A stretch of DNA of 64,000 nucleotides, from assembly GCA_019828565.1 (NCBI GenBank), contig JAHDYR010000017.1, positions 185,360 through 249,359 of the forward strand. The letters are read 5' to 3'. Below the pieces are notes generated by a model that was not told the DNA's origin, did no database searches, and saw nothing but the letters and a program-made list of their open reading frames with translations. This DNA comes from Carpediemonas membranifera BICM (lineage: Eukaryota; Protista; Fornicata). Position 1 is the first letter of the stretch. Each line of letters begins with the position of its first letter. Both the position numbers and the translations under genes were made by a program. Shown one piece after another: positions 31,929 through 43,519 of the stretch.

Positions 31929-34868
31929 TCACATCTTTGTCACCTGTACCTGCATTCCAGGGTTAAGTCCGTGTCTGGAGATCAAATACCGCCGCCGATT
32001 GCAGGTGTGGATCATTATATACCACAACAACAGCAGCGGCCCCACAATAATGGCCAGATACGTCGCCGCCCGCTCACCCTCGCTCATGCCCGCGGGACCA
32101 TCGTCTGTGGCCTTGTACTGGGCCTCAAAAGCGGCGTGAAGCTGTGCTTTTGACAAGAATATTGAGTCCTCAGGGCCGGCGATGGGTGTGCACTGGATAA
32201 GAGACGTTGCTGAAAGAGAGGGGTAACCCTCGGCGACGATTAGAATGACGTTGGTGAATATATTGCCGATCATCAGCTTGCCGGACCAGTCGGATATCGC
32301 GTATGCTCGTAGGCTGTCGGATTCAGGGAACATCTCGCTGTTGACTACAGGAACCTTGCAGATCTCAAGTGAATTAGTAGATACGAAGCTCTCGTAAACC
32401 ATATATTCGTAATCTAATAAAGCAGCAGATATAGTCGGCTCTAGATCTGAGATATGAACGTTATGTGAGAAGTGATATACACTACTTGCCACACTAGACA
32501 TTGTCTCGTGCTGAGTTATATACCCTGTGTCATCAATCAACATAAATCTCGATGTTGCCGGCATATATTGGTCAGCGATGGTCTTGAGCGTCGTATAGAG
32601 CTGGGTCGTCTCATACTCTATGAATAGAGTCCCCCAGACAGTCTCAGAGTCCTTGTGGTTCACAGTTCGAGCGAGGAATGTGGAGAGGCTGGAGTTTCTA
32701 TGGATGTATACGACTGTTGGCGTGCTGAGCGAACCGCCCGAGATCTGCGAGGCTCTAGAGTAAAAGGTCCTGGCTCTTACATCATAACCCGGGGGATAGG
32801 TAAATCCCGGGAGGGTGGCAGACGCGCCCGACCTGTCGCTGGCCAGCCCGACGAGAAGGATGTTCTCACTCGCACCATAGACAAAGTCCCGCCATATTGG
32901 GACAACCTCGCCTGCAATGCGGGCCGCACTCACGACGTCCTCGGTGGTGACTGCTTGTGGAAGCGGGTCTGTGAGGGGCAGGCCGAGTGTCTGGTTAGTG
33001 ATGGTTTCAATAAAGCTCGTGGTGCATGAGGTCGCGTAGAGCAGCGCGGGCGGACAGTTCTCGAAAGATGACGCCGGGATGACGAAAGATGACGAGTTCA
33101 AACTGACATAGTACCGTGGCGCGATCTCGATGGGAGCAGTGACATTGTACACCGTGGGCCTGAAGAATGTCGTGTGGAACAAGGAGGTGGACTCCGGGAT
33201 GGCCTCGTGAACACAGGCGGGCTTGACATAGGCGGGGTCGACTGCCACAGTGGCTACAGTCAGCGGGAGGCTTGAGTTGGATATGATTCGACGCCATCTG
33301 ATCGTGCCAGATACGCTGGTCGAGTGGGATCCGTAATAATCCGAGTCTGGAGCTGGCAGAGGGTAATTCATGGTAAATTCTACATAATTAGACGTAAATG
33401 TGGCCATGGATAATGTAAGGAGTGATCCAGTGTCGTCCGACAGCTCCATTAGTGACAGAGTGGCGTCTATCGGGTCCCCGTCATCATAGTCGGCCAGCCT
33501 CGGGTGAGACAGCACCCTGCCGTCCAGTGTAAGGAGGACGGGGTAGGTGTCGCCCGTGTAGTTGGCCGCTATGTGTCGCGTGCACATTTGCACCGCGACG
33601 ACGCTATGGACGGAGTCTTCGACGAACACGGGGCGGGTTATGGAGGAGCAGATGTCAGACTCGGGGCGGGAAAATGGGCCCCCGAATGGGGTTTGGGCTG
33701 GGGCGGCGAATCTGAAGTGCGTGGACATCCCAGTCATGTAGTCGAGCGGCTTGTGGAGGATGTTTCGTATCTTCGACTCCGATGACTGTGTAGCGATGGA
33801 CGCGACATTGAAGAAGGGAACCCCGATATTTGTAGCCCAAATGGACGTCTGCTGGTTGAGTAACCCGTCGCTGTCGGCCACAGAGAGGATGACGAGCTTC
33901 GTATCGCCCACACCAGCGCCAGTAAGCACAGACCGAACGGGAACGAAGCCCGTGGTAATGAGGTAGACGATAGTGGGTGAGTCGCCGCTGTCTATGTTTC
34001 TTATCGCGTTGGTAATGTGCTCTGCGGTCTGAGTGGCCTCCTTGCCTGTCGCATCGATCACTCGGATTAGTGTGTTGATACAAGCGGCCGACAGCCGGCA
34101 TTGTGTCAGATCTAGATCCCCGTATCCGATCCAGCCGACCGCAGCATTGACCGTGGGTGACATAGACTTGACAAGCACACGCGCTGCCGCCTGAACCACA
34201 CCCACTGAAGCCGCGTTACTTTGAAGCAGCAGATATACATCAGCCGAGTCATAAATGGACCTGTATTGGGGGCCGAACATGGCGTTACTGCTCTCAATCA
34301 TATCTGCTCCAGGGAACAGCCTGGTCCACCCGTTCTGGTCGATCACCGAGACGTGGGAGAAAAGTCCAGAGCTGTCAGAGAGCGATACTGCCTCTAGCTC
34401 ATCCTGTATGTCCAGCAGGCGGGGTTTGGGGGCTATTCGGTAGTGTGGAGGTGGGTGGAAAATGGTGCAGTTTGTGCATACACGGTGGGGGATGCCTGGG
34501 ACAGAGGTGTTGAACGTGAAGAAGTCTGAGCGCCAGCTGTTGTCTGTGAGGACCGGGGGGTACGGATCGAGGGCGATCTTGGCCGCGATTACGTCCAGGG
34601 CGGCCTGTTTCTCGGCCAAGAGGGTGGTGATGTTGGTGTAGGTCTCCTCAAAGAGCGCGTTGACGTCTATATCATCTTGTGAGCATGAGAGGTTCTCAAC
34701 AACCTCTGAAAGAGCGTCGTAGCCAATCTCATCGAGCTGCCCTGACAGATAGCTGTGTGTCTCCATGCGCAGGCTCACGAAATCAGACCATGTGATGTCA
34801 GCAGTGCAGTATGATACTAGTAAAAGCACCACGTATGATATAATGGCCAGCCTGGCGCACCTTTGCAT
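31929..34868 (-). CDS. Large type I membrane protein with Cache/vWA-like extracellular region (calcium channel alpha2-delta-like)
   Basis: Signal peptide, GWTRLFPG, LLTLDGRVLSHP, YDVRARTFY, FMLIDDTGYITQH (Cache-like), C-terminal TM. Confidence 0.65.
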   Translation of the reverse strand: MQRCARLAIISYVVLLLVSYCTADITWSDFVSLRMETHSYLSGQLDEIGYDALSEVVENLSCSQDDIDVNALFEETYTNITTLLAEKQAALDVIAAKIALDPYPPVLTDNSWRSDFFTFNTSVPGIPHRVCTNCTIFHPPPHYRIAPKPRLLDIQDELEAVSLSDSSGLFSHVSVIDQNGWTRLFPGADMIESSNAMFGPQYRSIYDSADVYLLLQSNAASVGVVQAAARVLVKSMSPTVNAAVGWIGYGDLDLTQCRLSAACINTLIRVIDATGKEATQTAEHITNAIRNIDSGDSPTIVYLITTGFVPVRSVLTGAGVGDTKLVILSVADSDGLLNQQTSIWATNIGVPFFNVASIATQSSESKIRNILHKPLDYMTGMSTHFRFAAPAQTPFGGPFSRPESDICSSITRPVFVEDSVHSVVAVQMCTRHIAANYTGDTYPVLLTLDGRVLSHPRLADYDDGDPIDATLSLMELSDDTGSLLTLSMATFTSNYVEFTMNYPLPAPDSDYYGSHSTSVSGTIRWRRIISNSSLPLTVATVAVDPAYVKPACVHEAIPESTSLFHTTFFRPTVYNVTAPIEIAPRYYVSLNSSSFVIPASSFENCPPALLYATSCTTSFIETITNQTLGLPLTDPLPQAVTTEDVVSAARIAGEVVPIWRDFVYGASENILLVGLASDRSGASATLPGFTYPPGYDVRARTFYSRASQISGGSLSTPTVVYIHRNSSLSTFLARTVNHKDSETVWGTLFIEYETTQLYTTLKTIADQYMPATSRFMLIDDTGYITQHETMSSVASSVYHFSHNVHISDLEPTISAALLDYEYMVYESFVSTNSLEICKVPVVNSEMFPESDSLRAYAISDWSGKLMIGNIFTNVILIVAEGYPSLSATSLIQCTPIAGPEDSIFLSKAQLHAAFEAQYKATDDGPAGMSEGERAATYLAIIVGPLLLLWYIMIHTCNRRRYLISRHGLNPGMQVQVTKM

Positions 34869-35033
34869 GCTTTGAATTCTTGCACAGCTGTCGACTGGAG
34901 GGGCAGTTGTCCGCCAGGATCAGGAGCAAGACGGCCAGAATACCCACCTACTGCATCCATAACAGCACTCATCGCCACTTATCCCTCTCTCTCGCGCCAA
35001 ATTTAGCAATAACCACAAACACAACCCTTCCAC

Positions 35034-35699
35034 TCACCAGGCCAGCTTGTAAATGAGCAGTCCGCTAATGAGCAACGCGATGACCACCCCCACTATAAGG
35101 TTGTCTCTATTCTCCCGCCTCGAGATCCTACTGAGAATTCCCCGCAGCCCGGGCATCCTCGCCTCCACCGCCCGGATCCGGGACTGCATCCCCTTCAGCT
35201 GCGCGGCTTGGGTGTCCAGCCCCTCCTTGCCCATGCGTGCTTGGCCAATGAGCTGTTCAGTGAGTTGGTTGTTCATAGCCAGGCTCTCTTTCTCCCTCAT
35301 ATAGCCGTCCGAATGGGATGTAGTGCGGCCACGGACCATGCTCATGAGGGTTACTCGGTCAATCTCGTCCTGGATGTTGTCCCGGGCTACTTGGAACTCC
35401 TGTTTGTCGCACTCGATGCTTCTACGAAGGATCGAGCGCGTCTCGACATCCTCGACGGTGTACAAGGCTCGCTCAGCTTCTTCGAAAAGGCTAATGATCT
35501 CTTTTGATATGCTGTTGAAGTCTGTTGTATGTGTTTCAACGGCCAAGCTGTGCGCGTTGCCGCTGTTGTCCTGAAAAGTGCTGGGCGCGATGGCTTTTGA
35601 AAGCTGTGAAAGTGCAATCAAGCGAGCTCGTATTTGGCGCTCAATGTTACGAATAGAGGTGTCGCTGTCCTCGTAGCTGTGGCTGGAGGGCGGGTTCAT
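35034..35699 (-). CDS. Golgi Qb-SNARE (Gos1/GOSR1-like)
   Basis: RNIERQIRARL start, SNARE heptads, MPGLRGILSRISRRENRDNLIVGVVI then C-terminal TM. Confidence 0.82.
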   Translation of the reverse strand: MNPPSSHSYEDSDTSIRNIERQIRARLIALSQLSKAIAPSTFQDNSGNAHSLAVETHTTDFNSISKEIISLFEEAERALYTVEDVETRSILRRSIECDKQEFQVARDNIQDEIDRVTLMSMVRGRTTSHSDGYMREKESLAMNNQLTEQLIGQARMGKEGLDTQAAQLKGMQSRIRAVEARMPGLRGILSRISRRENRDNLIVGVVIALLISGLLIYKLAW

Positions 35700-35992
35700 A
35701 TTGAGTTGTCGTCGTGCTTGAATTAATCAACTAAAAACAGCAGAAAATGGGTAGACAAGGCTGGCTATGTTTGACTCGTGGATATACAGATACCCTGAAC
35801 CCAGGTTTATATTTTTACTCGCCAAGCCTCCATTCAGAGCGAGACAGCCGTTATTACTCGCATACAGGAGAAGTATAAGCGCACTACTACCCAAAGCTAT
35901 TCAGATCCAAACCTAATGCTTGAATGCTCGAGATTACGCCTCGCGATCGGGTGCAGTTTAAGTTTTCTGGCAATTGAGCGACTCGACCGAGT

Positions 35993-38900
35993 ATGGACGT
36001 AGTGAAGCTTAAGAAGCGCGCGGCGCAGAAGAAGGGTGGTTTGTTTCGTTAATTTGGTCTTATGCAGGCGTTGAGAAGAAGGAAGCTGTGAACGTCAAGT
36101 CGATTAAGAAGACTTCCGTCGAGTTCACTGGCGGTGTCGATGAGAACGGCAAGAAGAACATCATCCCCATCCCCACCAAGGAGGGCTCCACTTCCACTAT
36201 CCAGTACTCCCCCAAGTGGGTCGAGGCCCATTGGTACGATTGGTGGAACAAGCAAGGTTTCTTCCAGCCCGACTCAGAGATCAGCAACAAGTTTGTTGAC
36301 CCAGCCCTTCCTCCCTATACGATGGTGATCCCTCCCCCCAACATCACTGGCCGTCTCCACATCGGCCATGCCCTCACCATCGCCATTGAAGACTCTCTCG
36401 TTAGGTACCAGCGCATGTGCGGCCGCAAGACCCTGTACGTCCCCGGCACGGACCACGCCGGTATTGCTACCCAGGTTGTCGTCGAGAAGGAGCTCGCCAA
36501 GGAGATCCCCGGCTTCAATCGCAACAACTACCCCCGCGACTTCTTCATCGAGCGTGCTACCGCCTGGAAAAACCAGTACGGCGGGGACATCGAGGGCCAG
36601 CTCATGACCATCGGCGCCTCCCTCGACTGGTCCCGCAAGGTGTTTACCCTCGACGACACGCGCAGGGACGCCGTCATCGCGGCCTTCGTAGATATGTATG
36701 ACAGAAACCTCATCTCCCGCTCCAACCGCCTCGTCAACTGGGACTGCCACCTTCAAACTGCCATCTCGGACGTTGAGATTGACTATGTGGACACCAAGGC
36801 TGAGCCCAACGGCCAGCAGCTCCTCTCCCTCCTCGACCCGACCGACGGGAAGCGCAAGGAGTACTCCTTTGGCTGGATGACGTATTTCCAGTACCCCGTC
36901 TATGAGAAGACTGCCGAGGGCTTCAAGCCCTACCTCGATGAGGCCGGCAAGCCCGTCATGGTCGACATCGCCACCACCAGGCTCGAAACCATGCTCGGTG
37001 ATGTCGCCGTTGCCATCAACTCCACCAACCCCGCCACCGCCCACCTGAACAAGCCGAACCTCTTCGCCTACCACCCCTTCCGTGACGGCCTCACTGAAGA
37101 CTCACCCTATGGCGAATACGTCCACTACATGCCCATCGTCATCGATGACGACCTTGTCAAAGTGGGCCTGGGCACCGGCTGTGTCAAGATCACGCCCGCC
37201 CATGACCCCCATGACTTTGCTTGTGGTGAGAAACATAACCTCCCCGTGGTCAACCTGCTCACTGATAACGGCTGCATGAACCAGCTCTGCGGCCAGTTCA
37301 CCGGCCAGTACAGGTACGAAGCTCGTATCAACATCGAGAAGGAGCTCGAGCGGCTCGGGTACTACAAGCCTGCCTCCACCGCCGCCACGGAGGGCAAGAA
37401 GCCCCACGCCATGAACTTCGGCCTCTCCCAGCGCTCTAAGGACGTCGTAGAGTACATGGCCAAGCCCCAATGGTACGTTGACATCAAGGAGATGGCCGAC
37501 GCCGCTCTCATGGCCGTCGACATCCCCCAGGCTATGCGGAAGAGCGACGCTGCGCACCCTGAGAACAAGGACACCCCCACTGCTGTCCAGGACCGTCTGA
37601 TCGCCCAGTACGTCGCTGAGCACGGTGCTGAGCCCTCTTACGCCCGCAAACTGACAATCTCTCCAGCCAACCACGTCAACACCTGGTTCAACTGGCTGGT
37701 ACAAGGCCGGCCATGGTGTGTTTCCCGCCAGCTGTGGTGGGGCCACCAGATTCCCGCCTGGCGCAAGGCCGGCGACCTCTCTGACCGCAACTGGATCGTC
37801 GCCCGCACCGAGGAAGAAGCCCATGCCAAGGCCCGCGCCCTGTTCGGCGAGGACGTGGAGCTTGTGCAGGACCCCGATGTCCTCGATACGTGGTTCTCCT
37901 CAGGTCTCTTCCCCTTCTCCGTCTTCTCATGGCCTGAAAAAAACCCGGACCTCGAGACTTTCTACCCCACGTCAGTCCTCGAGACAGGCTCTGACATCCT
38001 CTTCTTCTGGGTTGCTCGGATGGTTATGATGGGCATTGACCTCACGCACCAGCTGCCCTTTACTGAAGTGCTGCTTCACTCGCTAGTGAGAGATGCATCA
38101 GGCCGGAAGATGTCCAAGTCTCTTGGCAACGTTATCAACCCTAACGACGTCATCTACGGCATCACTAACGAGGAGATGAAGGCCCAGATCACGAGCTCCA
38201 CGCTCCCGGAGTACGAGAAGGCCAACGCCACTGCAGGCATCGACGCGTCGTACCCCAACGGCATCGAGGAGTGTGGCACCGACGCCCTCCGGTTCACCCT
38301 GGCCCATGTCTCGAGCGGGACGGACGACGTCAACCTGCAGCTCAAGGATCTCTACTCTTCCTCTGGGTTCTGCACCAAGATCTGGAACGCTGTCCTCTTC
38401 CTCATCAATCCCCGCAAGGACGGCGAGGGCAACCTCATCGAGTCCGCCCTATCTAAGCTGACTCCAGCCGAGTCACTCGACGCTATCCTCGCCGACCCAG
38501 GCCTGGAGCCGCACCACAAGTGGATCCTTGCCCATCTCGGACAGACAGCTGCTTCAGTGAAGGAGCACATGGCCGAGTTCAGACTCAAGGATGCTACTAC
38601 GGCCATCAGAGCCTGGTGGAAGAACCTCTTCTGCGATGTCTTCCTCGAACTCTGCAAGCCCCTCGAGACTGCCTCCCAGCTGACTCTCCAGGTCATCCAC
38701 GCCTGCCTCGATTACGGCCTCCGTCTGCTGCACCCATTCATGCCGTTCCTCAGTGAGGAGATGTGGCAACGCCTCCCCAGGCTCGGTGCGGACGCCAAGG
38801 CGGGTCTGCCCACCATCATGCTCGCCCGCTACCCCGACTTCACCGTCTCTGACGCTGATGAGCTCCTTGCCGAGTTCGAGCGCATGCTTAAGATCAAGAC

Positions 38901-39624
38901 CTCTGTCTCTGGTCCTGCAAAGAAGGTGCTCACCGTCCGTCTCGTCGGTTCAATCCCCCAGTGGTCTTGCGAGTACATCAAGGCCCTCTGCCGCGTCAAG
39001 GAGGGCGTGTCGATCGTGGAGGCTGCCGCTGTAGCAGATGTGGCTGATGCTAACAAGGCTACGGTCGCCGACGTTCTCGTTGCTGTCGGCTACAAGGAGG
39101 CTGCTGCCCAGTCCGACAAGGCCGTTAAGGAAGAGGCCGTCCGCAAGCAGAACGCCCAGCTGAAGATGCTCAACAAGTCCGTCCAGCGTGTTACCGGCTC
39201 CATCTTGTGCCCCGAGGACCTCGAGGGCCTCGACGATGCTCTTGTCACCGTACTCAACGCCAAGATCGATGCCATGGTCGTCGCTGCTGAGAAGAAGCTC
39301 GAGACTGCCACTGCCGCGCTTGCTTCCCTCGAGATCAAGGAAGGCGAGGAAGACGCCGCCTTTGAGAAGCGCAAGACCGCCGCTACCACTGCTGTCACCA
39401 AGGCGCAGAACAACGTCGCCAAGGAGAAGATGCGCCGTGTTCCCAAGGCCGACCAGCCTGCTGACACGAACCCCATGGATGAGAAGAAGAAGGCTATGAT
39501 TGAGGAGAAGCGCCAGAAGACACTTGCATCAAACTTTAAGAACCTCACCGATAACTGCACAGCGCTCAATGAGCTTGACGCCGTCATTGGAGAGGGCTCG
39601 TGGACTTCGAAGGTCAAGATTTGA
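35993..39624 (+). CDS. VARS: Valyl-tRNA synthetase, intron 36039-36067
   Basis: PPPNITGRLHIGHA, GTDHAGIATQ, WCVSRQLWWGHQIP, DVLDTWFSS, KMSKSLGN; 29-nt GTTTGT..TGCAG intron links ATG 35993 in frame. Confidence 0.97.
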
Positions 39625-40155
39625 GGATCTTTAAATGAGGATTATGCGATAGTTTGGTGGAGTTGCGATTTTGAGTCAAACGATCGCTTGAGGTGGAGTT
39701 GAGGGCAGTAGGATCGTGAACTGCCCAGTTATGTGCTCTGATACACCCTGATCCTGCGTTGAGAAAATTCTGGAAATCTGATTTGGTTGGTCGAAATTCA
39801 ATACGCCCAAAACTGCTCGATCAGGCCTTTGGAAACAGATTTGTGGATGGCAATGCTATCACCATCGTCCTAACATAACTACAGATCATAACCACCAAAT
39901 CTGCTACCCGAATGCGTGCTGCTAACATTTCGCCCAACGGTCACGATTTGTCCGCGATCATATGTGAATAAATATAGCTGTTGACTCTTTCAAGGCCTGT
40001 CAAGTCCTGGCCCATGCGTCCTGTCGCGCTGACCTGACTGCTTGATGATGAGTCCTCTTCTTTCTCGGATCGATTGCTCACTTCAATATTCGATCTCAGG
40101 AAGATCGGCTACGAAAACTTTTAATTCTGCTGCTAAATTTGGTCAGGATGGCCGC

Positions 40156-40649
40156 CTACATCATGCGGTCAGGGTCTCTGACGATAACGGTGGGCTCACG
40201 CACGTGGCCGAGCCTGAATGAGGGGGCATGAGATGGTTCGGCTATTTTCTGCTGGGCGCGGAACTGATTGCGCACTGGGGCCGGAGCGGGCGTCACGCCA
40301 ATGGAATCGAAGTATGCCTGGCCGTGCGCGTCTGTGAGCTCGTTTGTGGACTTCAGCCCGTTGATTTCCATGACCTAGGTGAGTGTCTTTCATCGAAACA
40401 TACTTTGTGGCGGAGCTTCTGAAGCTTTGAGGCAATGTTTGATCTAGTTAGCTCAGGATAGTCCATATCAATGAGAACTTGCCGAGGAACAGCGCTTCTA
40501 ATGCCACTGCGGCAGACAATGGCATAGAAAGATGCAGACATGCGACTGTTCCAGACCAATCGCCGCTTTGTCTCCTTTGTACGAGGCTTACGGATCTTTA
40601 GCGTCTTTCCACTGCTCGAAGAAGGCGAGGAAGTCACTGTTGAGCACAT
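40156..40649 (-). CDS. GARP (ARR-B/Golden2-type Myb) transcription factor, intron 40375-40403
   Basis: KRRLVWN...F...GIRSAVPRQVLIDMDYPELTRSNIASKLQKLR matches the GARP domain; 29-nt GTATGT..CCTAG intron joins ORF 40156-40371. Confidence 0.85.
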
Positions 40650-40995
40650 TGGTGTCTTTTCGTTGGTAATCAGCCGAAGATCGAGGCGAATCTTCAGTCC
40701 TCCGAGTTCAATTCTCGATTCGCAAAATAAGACGCACCAGATTCAGGTGTCGGCGTGGCATCTGGCGGCAATCAACCTTAGCTAACTGGTGATGGTTTCG
40801 TGGAATGGTCAGCGACCTCAGGCTGCTCGTTGTTGCGGCAAAACTGACACAGCGGTCATGCTGCCTGACTTCGCGAGACTTTTAAGATCACAAGATATAC
40901 TACCGAATAAACGAATGGAGATCTCGGTCTGGTCATCACACCGCACTTGCATCCGCTGAGGAACAAACGATGGAGGTTTATCACGTATTGGCGCA

Positions 40996-41769
40996 TCAGT
41001 TCTTCTGGAGGACGAAATACGTATATCCACAGCACTCAGGGTGCCTCTCCACCATGTCCATCTCTCTTTCCATCTTCTCCACCTCTCGCCTGGCAACATC
41101 TCCCGTGACAAGCGCGCGACTCTTGAGCTTCTCTATGTTTCCCCGGAGACAGTGGTGGTAGGCCGCCCACTCGTCAGGACTGACCCTAAACTCGGATATG
41201 ACGGTGTAGCCGGAACACACTGCTACCTGACGAAGTTGGCGCTCGGTCGTGATGTCTTCCTTCGCCTCCGTCCAGTATTCGAACGCCTCCTCGGGCATCT
41301 TCGACTTACTCCCGTACATGCACAGTTCTGACACTATAGCCACACCTCCAGCCCTCAGAATCTGCGACCATGCAGTGAGAGCTGAACCAAAGCCTACGTT
41401 GTCAACGGAAGCTTCGCACAGAATGAGGTCGAGAGTCTCAGGTTGAAAGAAGGCGTCTAAGTGCGCCATATCCATGCTTGCAACGCATACGTTCGGATTC
41501 TGAGCGAATCTGTCGCGAACACGCTGGACGAAGTCGGGCTCAATGTCTCCCGCGAAGACAGTCGCAAGAGGGAACATATCTGCTATAATAGCAGTACTAT
41601 TTCCTGTTCCACAGCCAATATCAAGAACATCTGACGGAAGGGCACACTCTGCTACTGAATTTGCGCTAAGAAGAGCTCGTTTGGTCAAACTATCGCTTCC
41701 TGGCGCAAAACGACAATTTCGATGCATCTCAAGGAAGATTTTAAGAGTGCTATTCTCTTCTTCGGACAT
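40996..41769 (-). CDS. Class I SAM-dependent methyltransferase, prokaryote-like
   Basis: RFAPGSDSLTKRAL, VLDIGCGTG, DLILCEASVDNVGF, GYTYFVLQK. Confidence 0.85.
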   Translation of the reverse strand: MSEEENSTLKIFLEMHRNCRFAPGSDSLTKRALLSANSVAECALPSDVLDIGCGTGNSTAIIADMFPLATVFAGDIEPDFVQRVRDRFAQNPNVCVASMDMAHLDAFFQPETLDLILCEASVDNVGFGSALTAWSQILRAGGVAIVSELCMYGSKSKMPEEAFEYWTEAKEDITTERQLRQVAVCSGYTVISEFRVSPDEWAAYHHCLRGNIEKLKSRALVTGDVARREVEKMEREMDMVERHPECCGYTYFVLQKN

Positions 41770-41939
41770 AAGGTTGATTAATGAAGCGGCAACGAGCCGT
41801 GAGATTTTTTTGAGCAAATCTGACAAAATAGAACTAGCCAATAGTCCCGACATATGGCCAGTATGGTCGTTGTATAGACCCTCTGTCGGTGTGGGTGAAT
41901 TTCGCAGGCTGTCTAACCAGAAACCACACACGAGACAAA

Positions 41940-42509
41940 ATGTCTAGCAAGAGGATCTTTGGACTTGTTGGGCTGAACGGCGCTGGTAAGTCGTACATCT
42001 GTGCTCATCTCAAGTCTGAATTTGAGTACGACACCTGTTCTCTGTCCGACGCCATTCGTGACGAGCTTCGCGCCAACAATATGCCCATTACTCGTGAGAA
42101 TCTCATTCAAATGGGCAACCAGATGCGTGAACAATACGGCCCCGATGTTCTTGCCGAGCGAGTTGCCGCCAAAGTGAAGCAGAACCGCCTTGGCTTTGCC
42201 ATTGATAGTATCCGCAATCCTGCCGAGGTAGAGGCCCTCCGTCGCCACATCCCAGGCTTTACACTGCTGTACATCTCAGCGAGCGAGGCCACGCGCTACG
42301 ACCGCCTCTGCCTCCGCAGCCGGCCCGGTGATGAGGAGCTTATGGCATCGATTGATACATTCCGGGCGTACGAGGCTAGGGAGCGCGAGGGATCTGAGAC
42401 GATGCAGCAGTTGGACAAGGTCATCGCGATGGCGGATGCTGAGGTCGACAACGAGATCGACTCAAACCTTTCCGCATTGCTCGAGAGGCTGGTCCTCGAT
42501 GGCAGGTAG
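41940..42509 (+). CDS. P-loop nucleotide kinase (dephospho-CoA/NMP-kinase-like, prokaryote-type)
   Basis: GLVGLNGAGKS, SLSDAIRDEL, TRENLIQMGNQMREQYG, IDSIRNPAEV. Confidence 0.8.
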   Translation: MSSKRIFGLVGLNGAGKSYICAHLKSEFEYDTCSLSDAIRDELRANNMPITRENLIQMGNQMREQYGPDVLAERVAAKVKQNRLGFAIDSIRNPAEVEALRRHIPGFTLLYISASEATRYDRLCLRSRPGDEELMASIDTFRAYEAREREGSETMQQLDKVIAMADAEVDNEIDSNLSALLERLVLDGR

Positions 42510-42726
42510 GGCCTGTGAGTGATAGTAAAGCTGTAGTAATGGGTGGCAATGATGCGATGAGTGTGATTCAAGAGGTGGGCTGCTGGATAATGGGGCTCCA
42601 CCGGGGGCGTCTAATGGGAACTGCAGTGCAAGTAGCACCTAGTACTGAGCATCCTGCCCCTGTTTGTTGAGTTCTGACTCGGCGACTGCGACAACGACAA
42701 GCTGACTGAAGCAACAACTGGCCAGA

Positions 42727-43470
42727 ATGGTTTCATTCAAGTTAATATGGCCAGAAATTGATACTCACTTCAAGAAACGCTACATATTCTCACAGAGAAC
42801 GGACCTCAACGATGAATACGCCCGTGTCCTCGAAACATACGACGGCCTGCAAGAACACCTGAAGAAGGTATCTGGCAAGGCCGTGATCTTCATCAACCAA
42901 GACCCTCACACCACTGCAATCACTTTCCGCATTGATGTGCTTGATCCGTTCGACACAGTGCGAATCACCGATGAAGTCTCGATCAATGCCCCCATAGATG
43001 CCAACGGGGCCCTCAAAATGACGGACTTCCGACCCATGCTGAAGAGTGTGACGAACCGACTCGACGACTACCTGCAGGTTCGCCGGGACCCCCGTCAACA
43101 GCGCGCCCAGCAGCAGTTCAGCGAGCTATACACATATCCGTGCGAACTGCCGGAGCCCCAGACGCAGCAGGCGAGGAGGAACCCCTTTGAAGTCGGCCGG
43201 GCAGACCGTCTGCCCGTGGGTGGGTCCACAGTGATCCAGCAGCCTTCGCCATCCTTCGGCCCGAGTGGTAACCTCGTCGGACGGGACCACGCATTGTTTA
43301 ACGCCAGGGGGCAGGCCGCAAGGATCTTAGACCCGGATGCACCAAACCCACTGGGGCTTGAGCCACCGGGCCCGCATATGTTTGGACGAGGGCTGCCTAA
43401 CGGCGAAAGGCCGCTGCCCAGAGGCGCTGTACCCACAGGGGCCAGGTTTGACCCCTTTGGCCCTGTCTGA
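42727..43470 (+). CDS. PSMF1: Proteasome regulator PI31-like protein
   Basis: Pro-rich C-terminus with VGRADRLP, GNLVGRDHALF and VPTGARFDPFGP. Confidence 0.75.
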   Translation: MVSFKLIWPEIDTHFKKRYIFSQRTDLNDEYARVLETYDGLQEHLKKVSGKAVIFINQDPHTTAITFRIDVLDPFDTVRITDEVSINAPIDANGALKMTDFRPMLKSVTNRLDDYLQVRRDPRQQRAQQQFSELYTYPCELPEPQTQQARRNPFEVGRADRLPVGGSTVIQQPSPSFGPSGNLVGRDHALFNARGQAARILDPDAPNPLGLEPPGPHMFGRGLPNGERPLPRGAVPTGARFDPFGPV

Positions 43471-43519
43471 GCGCTCTCATGCTATCATAAACTGGCCAGC
43501 AAATCCTTAAATTCTTGAA

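Noticed and set aside
39778-39903. Imperfect inverted repeat (GATTTGGTTGGT / ACCACCAAATC) in the spacer after ValRS
   Set aside because: Short and imperfect, with no target-site duplication or second copy; cannot support a MITE or ncRNA call.
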